Source: Octopus sinensis (taxonomy: Eukaryota). From it: a DNA stretch of 64,000 nucleotides. The notes below the pieces were generated by a model. It worked only from the letters and a program-made list of their open reading frames with translations. It ran no database searches and had not been told where the DNA came from. Location: assembly GCF_006345805.1 (NCBI RefSeq), contig NC_043012.1, forward strand, positions 47,120,001-47,184,000. The letters run 5' to 3'. Below, in pieces: positions 43,945 through 57,349 of this stretch. Positions within the stretch are counted from its first letter, which is position 1, and each line of letters starts with the position of its first letter. The position numbers and the translations under genes were made by a program.

Positions 43945-46900
43945 TATATAAATAGATGAGTGTAGTTTTACCTTGTTAACAATTAACACGGAAAAAAAAA
44001 TAGTTACCAGGGCAGCAAAAAAACAACAATGACAATTACAGAGATAAGGCAACCTTCAAGATGGTCACAGTATTGATAAAAAGGAAAAAATATATAAGTA
44101 TATATATTAATATAAAATATATATATATAAGGATGTACTGTTAAAAAAGGGAGCAAAATTGGAAATGAAGTAAGTTGTCTCTGTTCCATGCTGAGGTCAA
44201 TATTTTATAAATCTGTTCTTATATTTTGGGTAACATCAGATTTAAACGAATTATACACCTTACTAAGCGTAACAAATACTAATCAATAAGAAAAACGGGT
44301 TCCTAAACATTAATAATAGAGAGTGGACAGGAAGAATTCGATCGATAATTACAAAATAACAGGAATAACATAGAGTCGCTCCATCAAGTGCACAATCAAG
44401 CAAGTGCACACAATCACACAGACATGAGCAAGTACAGATATGTGTGTCAGTGTGTCTTCCTGTATGTGTGTGTCTCTATGTGTGCACGTATATTTATAAA
44501 TAGATATATACATATATAAATGTTTGCATATATACGAATACACATATAGATTATATAAATGTCTATACATAAAAACATATATACGTATGAAGACATAGAC
44601 GCATGAATACATACATACTTGAACATATACATATGTATATATATATATATATCATACATATATATATCATATATATATATATCATATATATATACATATA
44701 TATATCATATATATATATATATGTATACATGCATATATATATATATATATATATAATATATATATATATATTATATATATATATATTTACTTACATATAT
44801 ATATATATGTATAACACGCATATATGTATACGAGTGTATGCACACGCACAGACACACATACACACACATTTGCTTGTTTGTATGTGTGTCTATGCGAACA
44901 TGTTTCGTAAATTTAATTATCACGTTTAGAAATGTGCTTGTCGACTTGTTTTAGGAAAGGAACAAAATACAGTTAATCACAATTAAGGACGTTTATTTTC
45001 CATAAAAGTCTATTATTTTATACTGAATGCAGCAGATGGAGCTAATAGAGTAGCGGAAAACCTTTTTAAGGATTATTTTACATAACTTGTAGTTAGTGTT
45101 TCTGGACTGGACAGTAGATTATATAATGTAACGATGGGTGTTTAATGAATTTCTGAATACTTCACGCATATTCCAAGCTCATTACATACATACTTACATA
45201 CAGCCATTTGCATACACACTCACAATAATAAAATATATGCGTATACTATGTATGTACACTTTAGTTTACTTGTATGTAAGTATGTATGTATTTACACACA
45301 TGCACACACACAAATATGTATGTATACACACCACGCTCGGACGAGCACACGCATACACACGCGCATATATGCTTACATACACGTATACATCACTTAATTG
45401 AATGTAGGAAACAAAAGTATTGTTGTGTATACACTTTTGTGCACGTGCTTACACGTGTCTGTGGTGGGGTGTATTTTGGTGTCGCTAAATTATTCAGGTA
45501 CGACTGAGTTATTGAGTTGCTCATTTCATTTTCGTTCTCTCACGTGTTTAACTTCATTGCTAGTATGTTGGACAATGTTTCTTGTGTAGCTTTTCAACTG
45601 AAATTGGATAGCCACACTATATTAGGCTGATTCTGCCCTTGGATCTCAAAAATTCTCGCCCGTAATTGAGAAATCAAATCATCCTTAATCGCATTCATGA
45701 TATTGTAATGAAATAGGAATTTTGTGGTCTCTACGAATCACATTTTCACTGTTAATGAAAAATAATACGCTGATGCAGAACACGAAAAATAATACTGTTG
45801 CATTTATTTAAAATATGCTTGTGATTCTCAATCTTGTGGGCTCAAAATGACGCCGGCACAAAATTTATGGAAAATTATGCGGTATCTTAGACTGAGCCTT
45901 TTCCATTAAGGTAACACATGACATAATCTTCTTGCTGAATAACTTCGGTGCTTGAATGGGCACAGATTGGAATCCCTGGATGATGTCGTAGAAAGACAAT
46001 GCTTAGCAAATTCAAATTGTGTGCGTTCCGAACTAAATTTGAACTCTATGTCTTGTGGTTCAATAACGCATATTTAAAACATCAAGCGGATTTAGCAACG
46101 CGTCGTAACAAAACATAAGGCTAACTCAAATATCCGTCGCTTAATACATTATATCATGGCTGCTATATTGATCCAAATAGATGCAGGCAGCAGAACGATA
46201 CGAAAAGAAAATCAACACTAATTTTCATTCGGGTCTACCATTATATCTCTATGAGGAACTCTCTTCAGTATGGGACAATGAAACACTACTTAAAATGCAT
46301 GGTGTTTACTAAAAGCACAGATCTTTGATGCTTTGAGCGCTAATAAACATCAAACATATATCGACAGGTACAAGACTAGAATTAAACAACTTGTAAGCAT
46401 CTGGAGGTACGATTTTAGGTGGGTTTCATTATATCTCAAGTTTAATGACCACAAAATGGAACATGTTGCCCAAAACAAATAGATATGAAATTCAATTCTT
46501 GGCAGTCCAGATCCCTTGAAATTCTGAAAACTGTGGAATGGTAAGACATTACTTTCGTGCAACAAAACAAAGGTATGTTTCGAACCGGAACAGTTCTACG
46601 TTCGTCAAATGGAAAGATGGCACAAACGATATCAACGGGAAAATTCTAAAAACTAGTGAAAAGAATATACATTGAATGGTGAGTGAGGAAAAACTTTCTC
46701 AAGAACAGCATACAAAAGCCAATCATCAACAGCTTAGCAGCACCTCGAAAGCACTCCGTACCTTAGATAATATAAAGCTTTTGACCTGAGAGCATTCTGA
46801 ATGAGATATATGAAATTGGAACTAAATCTAGAGCCAGAGGAAATGTCATCATTACCATCTTCAGCAAGTAAGATTATTGCAAAAAAGTTAATCGTACTTT

Positions 46901-47708
46901 TTGGTGATTGTAAGGAAAATTCCTGTAAGGATCATCCATAAACGCGAATGTGATGGTGAAAATAACCTGCACACACACACACACGCACGCACACACACAC
47001 ACACATACACATATATACAGTGGTAATTTTCAATAAACCTACTTGAAAATATCAAACCTACAATTTGGTACGGTCTCAACAACAGGTCAGTGTTAAGTGA
47101 AGAAAGAGAGCAGGCGAATCTTAACGACCCTAAGCTCTTTCCCGTCTTCTCAACTATTTTCTAATTCCCTCGAAGCAAATAGCCTCCGTGGCGAAGCAAA
47201 TAGCCTACCTGTTATATCGCACAGATAACGAGTTGTTCACTCCTAGCATTAATCAAGAGAACAAAAACCATGAAAATATCGATAACTTAACATCAGTATA
47301 AAGATGTTGTCCTCCAACAGGACTATAAGAATTTAAGTGACACATATTCAGCTTAATATTTTGGATCAAAAAGCATTCATCAAGAAGTAAGTCGCTCAAG
47401 AATTTCAATCTTTCTCCTTATATATGTAATATCTAGTACATGAAGATTTCCTTCTTTTTGAAGTGGCCTGGTAAGTATAATTTCGTACTTTATACTGGTT
47501 TGTTGATTCGGTTAGTCCCCAGAACCACTGTAATATCATATAATGCATCTCATAAATCGTTAGCATAAAGTATTTAATATAAACGCTTTAATGAATAAAA
47601 GAATATGAATTAAGTTTTGTAGAAATGTCAAAAAAAAAGTTTTAACGAATACTCAAATATAGCAAATTCCGCTAAACGTCTCCAGAAATAAATATAAGAA
47701 AGCTGACC

Positions 47709-47960
47709 AAAAGGTTTCTTGAGTAGAATAGACTTATAGGGCCGGTTTTCCCGGTTTTCATGCTGTATATATTCTCCACCTGGGTGGGACGCCGGTCTCT
47801 CACAGGATTATTCACTTTTACCAGCGGAGTGGACTGGGGCAATATGAAAGAAGGTATTTTGCTCAAGAACACCACGCATCACCAGGTCCATGAATCGAAC
47901 TCACAATCTTATGATCATAAGTCCAACATCCTAAACGCTAAGACAGGCGCTTCCACAAAA
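47709..47960 (-). mobile_element. tRNA-derived SINE related to family 1
   Basis: Minus-strand head ...ttagcgtttaggatg...gagttcgattc, then gtggtgttcttgagcaa, as in 3145-3260. Confidence 0.7.
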
Positions 47961-48424
47961 GCAGGCATTTGAAGTTCTTGTTAACACCCGATAGTCTATG
48001 GACGTGTTAAGACACGGAGTCGTCTTCGTAATATACAGCACGAAGATATATTGTGGTGTTCATTCGGAAATCTACAAAAGAAATCATAGCTACAATGTAA
48101 TACAAATTCTGATTTACTAAAACAGAGAGGAAAATCTGATATTTATATATAACATAAAGGCATGAATTAAATTCTCACGAAATACATTTTTTAGCAGATC
48201 ATGAATGTAGATTAATATATCATATGCAATATGCAACTGGATAATGAAGGGAAAATTCAATGTTCAGCATGTAATATTACCAACGTAATAGAAATGTTTA
48301 TGATTTTCGAACTTTGCTATTGAGTTAATGCATGATACCCAGGCTGAACAGCATGACGAATACACAGGAATTGTTGTTGCAAATAAGGTGAAATTAATGG
48401 CAAGGATAAAAGCGCATTAAACAT

Positions 48425-49015
48425 TGACTGGTAGGTGGGAGCAGAAACCTCTGCATGGCAAATATGTAGCCCGTAGCAAACAAGCTGATGTTAACCAGAA
48501 GCACAACCATTAGCGGCTTTCCCCTTAGCTGCTCAAGATCAAAACTTATTGACCCGAACTTTGAAGCTGATGTGATGATTCTGCGCTTTGAAACAGCGGA
48601 CAAACTAATCTCAGGATGTAAAGTTTTGGCACCAATGGAGTACAAATCAAGACATAACAGATTTTTCCAATATCTACACTGGTCAATGTATCGGTGTGAT
48701 AAAATGAAAATGGTCGGCAAATGGTATAAACACCACACTAGCTTTAACTGAGTAGAGAAAAGAAAACGATTTCTTCGGACTTTGCAATACATAAAGACAA
48801 AACCGTCAAAGGTAATAAACCGAATATTATAATAAAACACAAATAAAATACAGTCTCTTTATTGATCGACATGAATATTTCCTTGTAATTATAATTTCTC
48901 ACCAAAAGAATTTAACAAGCTACGAATATATAAAATTTTATCATGGAAATTAGAAAAATGTGGCATCTCAAGGGGTTACGATACCGATGATTGGAGGGGC
49001 ACTTCGAATAATGAA
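48425..49015 (+). mobile_element. Old R4/Dong-like fragment (knuckle/REL region), paralog of 53290-53950
   Basis: RWEQKPLHGKYVARSK, LISGCKVLAPMEYKSRHNRFFQYLHW; internal deletions. Confidence 0.75.
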
Positions 49016-49564
49016 GATATCTGCTTGTCAGTTGTTTGACCTTAACCAATTGAACATATCGTCAGCTGACGATATGTGCATCTCTGATCAGGAGCAGAGG
49101 TATTAGGGAAGTATTTTCGCCATGTGTTGTAAATAATTCTTTGGGAGTATGGATAATTCGCCTTTGGAAACATGAGTGTTTCGTTCAACATCCTTCAACA
49201 ACAATTATTCGGGGATCTTTTGAGCGGAATGGGATACTCAGTCTGCAGAAAATTCTAACAGGGGTCCACTTGAAGGTCATGCATTGTTTATCTTGATAGG
49301 AGACAACCATGACGCGCACACATGTTGCATGTGCCTGGTGTACGCTTATCAGACGGGTAGTCATGATGGGTATACCGGGCTTCGTATATTTAACCCCAGT
49401 TTCACTTTGAGGGCATGCACTGACCTCTCGCTCAATAATAATAATAATAATAATAATAATATTAATAATGATGATGATGATGATAATAATAAACCAATAA
49501 TAATGATAATAATATTAATAATAATGATGAGGACAATAACAATAATAATAATAACAAAAACAAA

Positions 49565-49687
<123 letters not shown>

Positions 49688-49699
49688 TAATAATAATAA

Positions 49700-50345
49700 T
49701 AACAGAAAATAATAATAATAACAGAAAAAAGATGGTATAGGCACACACTAACAACAGAAAAAAGATGGTATAGGCACACATAACAACAGAAAAAAGATGG
49801 TATAGGCACACACCACAACAGAAAAAAGATGGTATAGGCACACACCAGAAAAGGCCACAGAAAACGAGAAAGCAACCATACTCTGGGATATGCCGATACA
49901 CACAGATAGAGAAATTAAGGCCAACAGACCAGATATAGTTGTCAGAGATCATGAAGAAAAAAAATGCTTTCTAATTGATGTATCAATACCGGCAGATGAC
50001 AACGTGTCTCTAAAAGAAATGGAGAAACTCTCAAAATACAAAAACCTGGAAATAGAGGTAACTAGAATGTGGAATCTGAAAACAGAAACAATTCCTATCA
50101 TAGTAGATGCATTAGGCATGATAAAAAAATATTCAGACAAATACATAACAAAATCACCAGGACTTACAAACACATATAACATACAGAAAATTGCACTACT
50201 AGTCACTGCACACATCCTACGCAGAACACTTTCCATACAAGAACCATCAGAGCATCACAACAAATCACAGCACATACCCAAGGCACACAGAGCTGCGCTC
50301 GGTAGTGAAGTGAAAGCACGCTATAAAAATAAAACTACTGAACAA
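49700..50345 (+). mobile_element. R4/Dong-like REL 3' fragment in (TAA)n, with a reiterated 5' junction
   Basis: ORF 49890-50348 has ANRPDIVVRD, LIDVSIP and EKLSKYK. It is highly similar to the reverse complement of 14808-15340. TAA tracts lie on both sides. Confidence 0.9.
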
Positions 50346-50439
50346 TAATAATAATAATAATAATAATAATACCAATAATAATAATGATAATATTTTTAAA
50401 AAATGAAAACTTAATAATTTAAATTTACTTGAAAAGAAA

Positions 50440-53400
50440 AATTCAAACAGTACACCGAATCGCTTGTCAAATGGTTATTCTGGAAGCGCGTCTGTCAGGA
50501 GGCTGTCAGCCTGACGGAGCAAAGTTTTGAGATGGCAGAATATCTTCCCCGAATACAAACGTGGAAGGTTGTTTAAACGGGATTTGTCCCAAATTAATCC
50601 CCCAAATTTTACCACCACAACGATCACAAAATCAAAAATGTAAAAGAACTAAATTGAACCGGGAAGAAAATAAAGAAGTAATATAAGCCTATTACTTTGC
50701 ATTAAGTGGCCAACCCAAGAGAAACACACCGCAAACTCCTACAGAATTTGGAGGAGCTGGAATCCAGCTAGCAGACCAAACATGGATAAAAACAGATTAG
50801 CAAATGTTAGAAGGGATATCTTCAGAAATACCAGACTCACAGATGCAGAATTAACCTCTATTAAAAAAACTGGTAGAGATTGACCTAAATATAAGTCATG
50901 AAAGAAATAACGAAGCGGAGGAGAGGAATGTTGCAACACAAGCATTAACTGAAAGACAACCATCTTCCGAAACCGCTCAAGAGCCTAAAGAAGAAGGAAA
51001 ATATAATGACCCCAGAAAAAACAGCCAGGAAAATGATGTCAAAACAGAATTTGAAGACCACATATTTGCTGAACAACACAGAAAATCTATCATTCAAATG
51101 AGGCAGGAAGTTCTGAATGCGCTTCATAAACTCTCAAATGCACACCAACATAAAACACAAATAAAAATTGGCAACTGCGTTACACAAGACATCATACAAG
51201 AACTAAAACCCGATCATAATAAGTTAAATGAAATCATTTACTCTGTGCTAAGGTAATCGAAAGACACTGTTTAACACCCCAAAAGCCAACAATACCAAAT
51301 TCGAAAAGAAAATCAAACTGGAGGAGTAGAATTGAAACTAAGTTTGAATCATTGTGAAGGGAGATATCAATATTAACTGAGCTAATCTCTGGAAATGGTG
51401 TAAGATCAAGAAAAGGCAGAAAGATTGTGAGAAAATATACAATGTCAACAAGAGAAGAACTAATGTCAGAGAAAGAAACATTTAAACAGAAAGTTCAAGC
51501 AAGATCTCAGAGAATACGCGGATTTGAGAACAGAATCAAATTCTACAAACAAAATAAGATATTCAAATCCAATGCCAAATAATTTTACAGGGAAATAGGG
51601 AAAGAAAAACATAACCATTGAAAATCCACCCCTAATGGAAGAAGTTGAAAACTTTTGGAATGGGATCTGGAGTGATGAGACACCATATAATGAAAATGCA
51701 GAGTGGATCAAACGCACCCAAGATGCCTACAAAATCTACAAGAACAGGAATGGAAAGACATCTCAATCGCCGTCCTAAGGAGGACACTAACGAAGGCTCA
51801 AAATCCCCTGGTATTGATAGAGTACCAAATTTCTGGCTCTCATTACTTCCGTCCGCACTCAAAATGTTATTGATACTATTTAATAGTATTATGAAAGACC
51901 CGGAAAAAAAATCCCCATTGGATGACAAATAGCATTACTTACCTCCTCCCCCAAAATAACGAAACGAAAGACCCAAAAAACTACCGGCCTATAACATGTT
52001 TGTCTACTACCTTTAAGATGTTGACATCTATTCTAGTAGAGAAAATATATACGTTTATGGAAGAGAATGACTTCTTTCCCACTGAACAAAAAGGATGCAA
52101 GCGAGGCTCATACGGATGCAAAGATCTGCTCCTAATTAATCGCATGATTCTTGAGAACTGCCACAACAAGCGCAGAAATATCAGCTCTTCATGGATTGAC
52201 TATAAAAAAAGCCTTTGACAGCAGTCACATTCGTGGATTCTGAAATCGCTGGTCATTTTCAAAATTTCTCCTGTGATTTCAGATTTTTTAAAGTATAATA
52301 TGTTACTATGGAAATACGAAGCTCCAATTATATCATTCTAACGGAGTTTTGCGTTCAAACAATATTAGCATAAACTGTGGCATTTTCCAAAGTGACTCAC
52401 TTTCACTACTAATTTTCTGCATAGCACTAATACCACTCTCAAGTGAACTGAATAGAAAAAGATATGGCTACAAACTTGACAACAGGAAAATAAGCCATCT
52501 ATTTTATATGGATGATTTAAAACTATATGGCAAAGATCATGAAGAGTTTGGAGGACTACTTACATACTGTGAAATGATGCAGTGATGATATCGGGATGGA
52601 CTTTGGCCTTGAAAAGTGTGCCAAAGCCACGTTTAAGAAAGGGAAATTGGTAAAGTCAAGTCCAATCGAATTAGATGTCGAAACAGTAATAAAGGAACTT
52701 GAGGAGGAACAAACCTATAAATACCTAGGAATAAATGAAGGATCTGGTATCCAGCATGCAAGCATGAAGAAGAAGGTTAGCAAGGAATGTTATAGAAGAG
52801 TTCGAACAGTCCTGAAGTCTGAGCCGAATGCATATAATAAGGTGTTAGCCATAAATTGCTTCGCAGTCCCAGTTGTTCTTTATAGATTCAATGTGCTTAA
52901 CTGGAATACCAGTGAAATAATGAAAATTGACAGAGAAATCCGCAAGCTACTGACCTGTAATAAGATGCAGCATCCAAAGGCAGACGTGGAACGTCTTTAC
53001 CTTCCCAGAATTCAGGGAGGTCGAGGCTTGATCCAGCTTGAACTTACGCACAAAACCACCACAATCGGACTGGCCAAATACCTTGAAGCAACCAACGATT
53101 TGATACTAAAACATGTTAAAAAGCATGAAAGACCGAAAAAAACTTCACTCTATTCTGAAAGAGAGCAAAAAATTCGCTGCTGATCTCTTAGAGACGCTCC
53201 AGATTGATCAGGCTGAAGGAAATGCGCCAACTGCTGCTGCAAAGAAAATAATATTAATTGCAAAGACAAAAGTACATGAAATATTACCTAGCAGATGGGA
53301 ACAGAAACCTCTGAATGGCAAGAATGTGGTCCGTAGCAAACTAGTTGATATCGACCAGAAATACACGCATCAGTGGTTACGAAGCTCAGAGCTAATAGCA

Positions 53401-54340
53401 GAGAGTGAATGTTTCCTATTAGCAGCTCAAGACCAAAGATTATTAAACCGAAACTACCAAGGCAATGTGATAAAAAATGGAGCTGACTCAAAATGCCGAT
53501 TCTGTAACGATGAGATTGAAACTATAGACCACTTAATCTCAGGGTGTAGAATCTTAGCACCTGTAGAATATAAAGCAAGACATGACAGAGTCGGCCAGTA
53601 TTTTCACTGGACAATATGTCGGCATTATAAAATCAAAACCGCTGACAAATGGTATAAACATCATCCTGAAGTTTTGACTGAGAGAGAAAATGTGTCGATT
53701 CTCTGGGACTTCCCCCTTACATACCGACAAATAGTATAAAAGCTATTAAACCGGATATGATTATAAAAGATCAGGCAATAAAGGCATGTTTATTAATTGA
53801 CATGAGTATTCTTTGCGATCACAATATAGCAGCGAAAGAATTTGACAAGCTTAGTAAATATAAAGACTTGCTAATAGAAACTGAAAATATACGGCATATC
53901 AAGGCGACTACAGTACCAGTGATTGTAGAATCTCTAGGAATGATAAAAAACAGTACTGAAACCAGTATCATTTGAGAAAGATACCAGGCCTACCATCTCT
54001 ACAGGAAGTGCAGAAAATCGTGTTAACTGGAACAAATCATGTACTGAGAAGAGCATTATCGCTGTGAAAACAACATCTACTCGTGAATTTATTTGTTTCT
54101 GAATTTTTGAAATACATATTTTACCTGTGAATTTGCGTGTGTAATCTGGGATTGCATACAATGAGCTTCTCTGTCCTATGTATACGGAAAACACTCGGCG
54201 AGAAATAGAAATGGTTAGCAGAGAAATCGTTAGAAGGAGAGTTCTAAGCAGAAAACTTGTGGATATACAACGTTACAGGTAATAACCCGCTAGCCTCCTA
54301 AATCCCACAAGGAATCAGACTAAACCTGAGACAAACCAAA
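50440..54340 (+). mobile_element. Near full-length R4/Dong-like LINE (about 3.9 kb), multiple frameshifts and stops
   Basis: N-terminal NRLANVRRDI; RT YRPITCL, GCKRGSYGCKD, GIFQSDSLS and HLFYMDDLKL; knuckle CRFCNDEIETIDHLISGC; REL RHDRVGQYFHW, KPD and LIDMS. The 3' end runs into (TGA/TAA)n. Confidence 0.9.
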
Positions 54341-54356
54341 AATAATGATGATGATG

Positions 54357-54392
<36 letters not shown>

Positions 54393-54705
54393 TAATAATA
54401 ATAATAATAATATAATAATAATAATAATCATTACTACTACTACTGATGATGATGATGATGATTATGACGATGATGATAAACAAAATAATATATAAGAGGA
54501 CCCACATGAACATTAAAGTTTATATCGTTACCTTCTTAATTTACGAGAGTTTACGAACAGCTATTATTTCATGGCTACAACAACAATTTTTAGGACATAA
54601 GAAAATAAAAACATTGAGGGGAAATAAGCAACATAACATGTTAAAAAATGTGAGAACGCTGTCTAATGAGACTACACACATACATACATGATGCGTACAT
54701 ACAGA

Positions 54706-54736
<31 letters not shown>

Positions 54737-55237
54737 CAAATAAAATCAAAAACAGAACACAAAGGTTATCGCGGTGCACGTGTTTCAAGCTTCATAAGCG
54801 ACCTGTTCATTACATCATTGTATAATAGATATAAAAGATGATTTAAGCTCTCTTCAGCCGCATACATTGTTATTCCAAAGAGTTGCATCACGCTGTAAAA
54901 AATATGAAAAGTACATGCAGTATTACCAATTATAATAGGTATATCATATCTCCCTGAGAAAGTGTATTTGTAAAATTACCTCACTTTATAACTATATAAA
55001 GATTCATTGGATTTCGAAAATCTTCGCATACTGTATCACCAGTTATACAGCATCTTTTATATCTATTATACAATGATTTAATGAACAGGTCGTTTATAAA
55101 GCTTGAAACACGTGTACCGCGATATCCTCTGTGTTTCACTTTTGATCTTATTTGATATATTCTCTCTCACCTCTGCCACTATCTGGCGTGTACAGGTGCT
55201 TACACTTATCAAGTATTCATCCTAAATTTGCAGTACC

Positions 55238-55280
<43 letters not shown>

Positions 55281-55282
<2 letters not shown>

Positions 55283-55444
55283 GGTGGGCTGCTTCCATTT
55301 TTCGTCTACCACATCCACTTACACGGTTTTGGTCAGCCCGAGGTTATATTAGAAGACACTTGCCCTAAGTGCCACGTAGTGGGACTGAACCACGAACTAT
55401 GTGGATGGGAAGCAAGCGTCTTACCATACATTCACGCCTGCGCC

Positions 55445-55445
<1 letters not shown>
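55281..55445 (-). mobile_element. SINE family 2, 5' half
   Basis: Homologous to 27635-27799. Confidence 0.8.
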
Positions 55446-55532
<87 letters not shown>

Positions 55533-55535
<3 letters not shown>

Positions 55536-55742
55536 TTGTATACTGTCAATGATCCTGAAACACGGTGTCCCTAGATGCAGTTCCGACGGCCGGGGGTGTT
55601 TGTCTCCCCTTCGTATATGTATATAAGGACACTGGGAAAAATGTGTCGAAGCTGTCAGGAGGCGTTCGATGCCTCCTAGGGCTATACAACGGTGGTGTAC
55701 CCCCTACTGTCACGTTCTTGTTAGATTGACAGTATACAACCA
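55533..55742. mobile_element. 210-bp MITE with perfect 18-bp TIRs
   Basis: tggttgtatactgtcaat (55533-55550) pairs with attgacagtatacaacca (55725-55742). Internal hairpin aggaggc/gcctcct. Confidence 0.7.
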
Positions 55743-56953
55743 TTCTATCGCCCCACCACAGTACATGTCTCTACGAGAGATTTAGAAATTCAATATTTCT
55801 TATTTATATATTATATTATATTAAATTAGAGATAAAACCATTATAAGGCAAATCAAACAGTGAAAATCATAAGCCAATACATAGAAATAAAATTAATTAA
55901 AAATATAATAAATATAAAATATAAAATATAAAAATCCAATTAAAATATTTAAATTAAAGTTAAAATTTAAAAAAATATTTTAAATTAATAAATTAAACTT
56001 GTAAATTTTAAATATATATATTTATTATTTATTTATTTATTTTTTTAACTATCAAAATGTATTAAAAGTTTAATATAAGATAAAGAGTAAAAACACTACG
56101 ATCGTTTCATGCCCGTAACCAATTCGAATAACAAAAATATTAATAATTCTAATTATGGTTACAGTCAATCTTCAGGTTAATTGTAATATTTTAATAAATA
56201 ATCAGAAATATTTAAACAATATTTTTTAAGAAATAAATAATATAATAAATGTTCTTATAAAAAACTCTATTATCAAACTAGAAACTTAACGATTATGATT
56301 TTGTGAAAACAACGATTATAATATTAATTTTAATTCTTAAGTATTAATTTTTAAGGTAAGAAACCCACCAATTATCTAATATCAGTAATAGTCAATATCT
56401 AATTACATAAATATTTTACAAAAAAATGATTATTCATATAAATAAAATATAAAATTTAAATAATATATAAATTTTCAATGAAAATATATAAATGTATATA
56501 AATATTATAATTAAGATCTAAAATAATCTCTATAAATAGATATATATGCACATATAATAAAGACCTAATAAATTAATTTTTCATATTTCAAGATGAAATA
56601 GCTAATTTCAAGAATACAAATAAACAATTTTAAACGAACGCTATAGCAAATTAACTATCTTTATATCTCGTTGGCTAAATAATAACTTTCAAAAATCTTA
56701 CATTTAAAATACTTTAAGAAATAATCAATTCGCAGTTATATAGTATCAAATAAATACTATAAATATATTTATCAATGTAACTTTAAAATATATAAGTTAA
56801 AATAATAATTATATAGAAAGTTACGATGATTAGATAAACAACCATATTTACATAAAAAGCAATAATATTATACCATACGACTTATGAAATATTAAAATTT
56901 AAAATTTAAAGATCTTAAATATAAATAAGTACTTAGCTTACCGAGGTTTTGCG

Positions 56954-57265
56954 ACGCTTTGAAAAGGATCTTTAGTGTTTGAATATATGCCATTTTAAAG
57001 TAGCCGTTCTGTAACAAGATTGCTCTCTCCTTACAAAAGGGTGGAGAAACTAGACATGGATTGATCTCACAGTTGACCCAGAACGATGTTCCAACAGCAC
57101 CACCTATCAAATTTCTGAGGTTTCCAAATGCATTCAGTTATTGCCCTGTAGTTAGGGACTAGATACAGGTTTCGCGATTCATGAATACAGAAATTAGTCG
57201 ACTACAGTAAATATTACGATCAGAACTTATATATATATATAATATATATATATATTGATATATAT

Positions 57266-57349
<84 letters not shown>

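Noticed and set aside
49700-49846. Regularly spaced repeats of about 32 bp resembling a CRISPR array
   Set aside because: No unique spacers, eukaryotic context, and the unit is the LINE's own sequence.
55790-56935. AT-rich block as a possible mitochondrial insertion (NUMT/control region)
   Set aside because: No mitochondrial tRNA, rRNA or protein motifs recognised. The hammerhead-like motif favours a retroelement origin.
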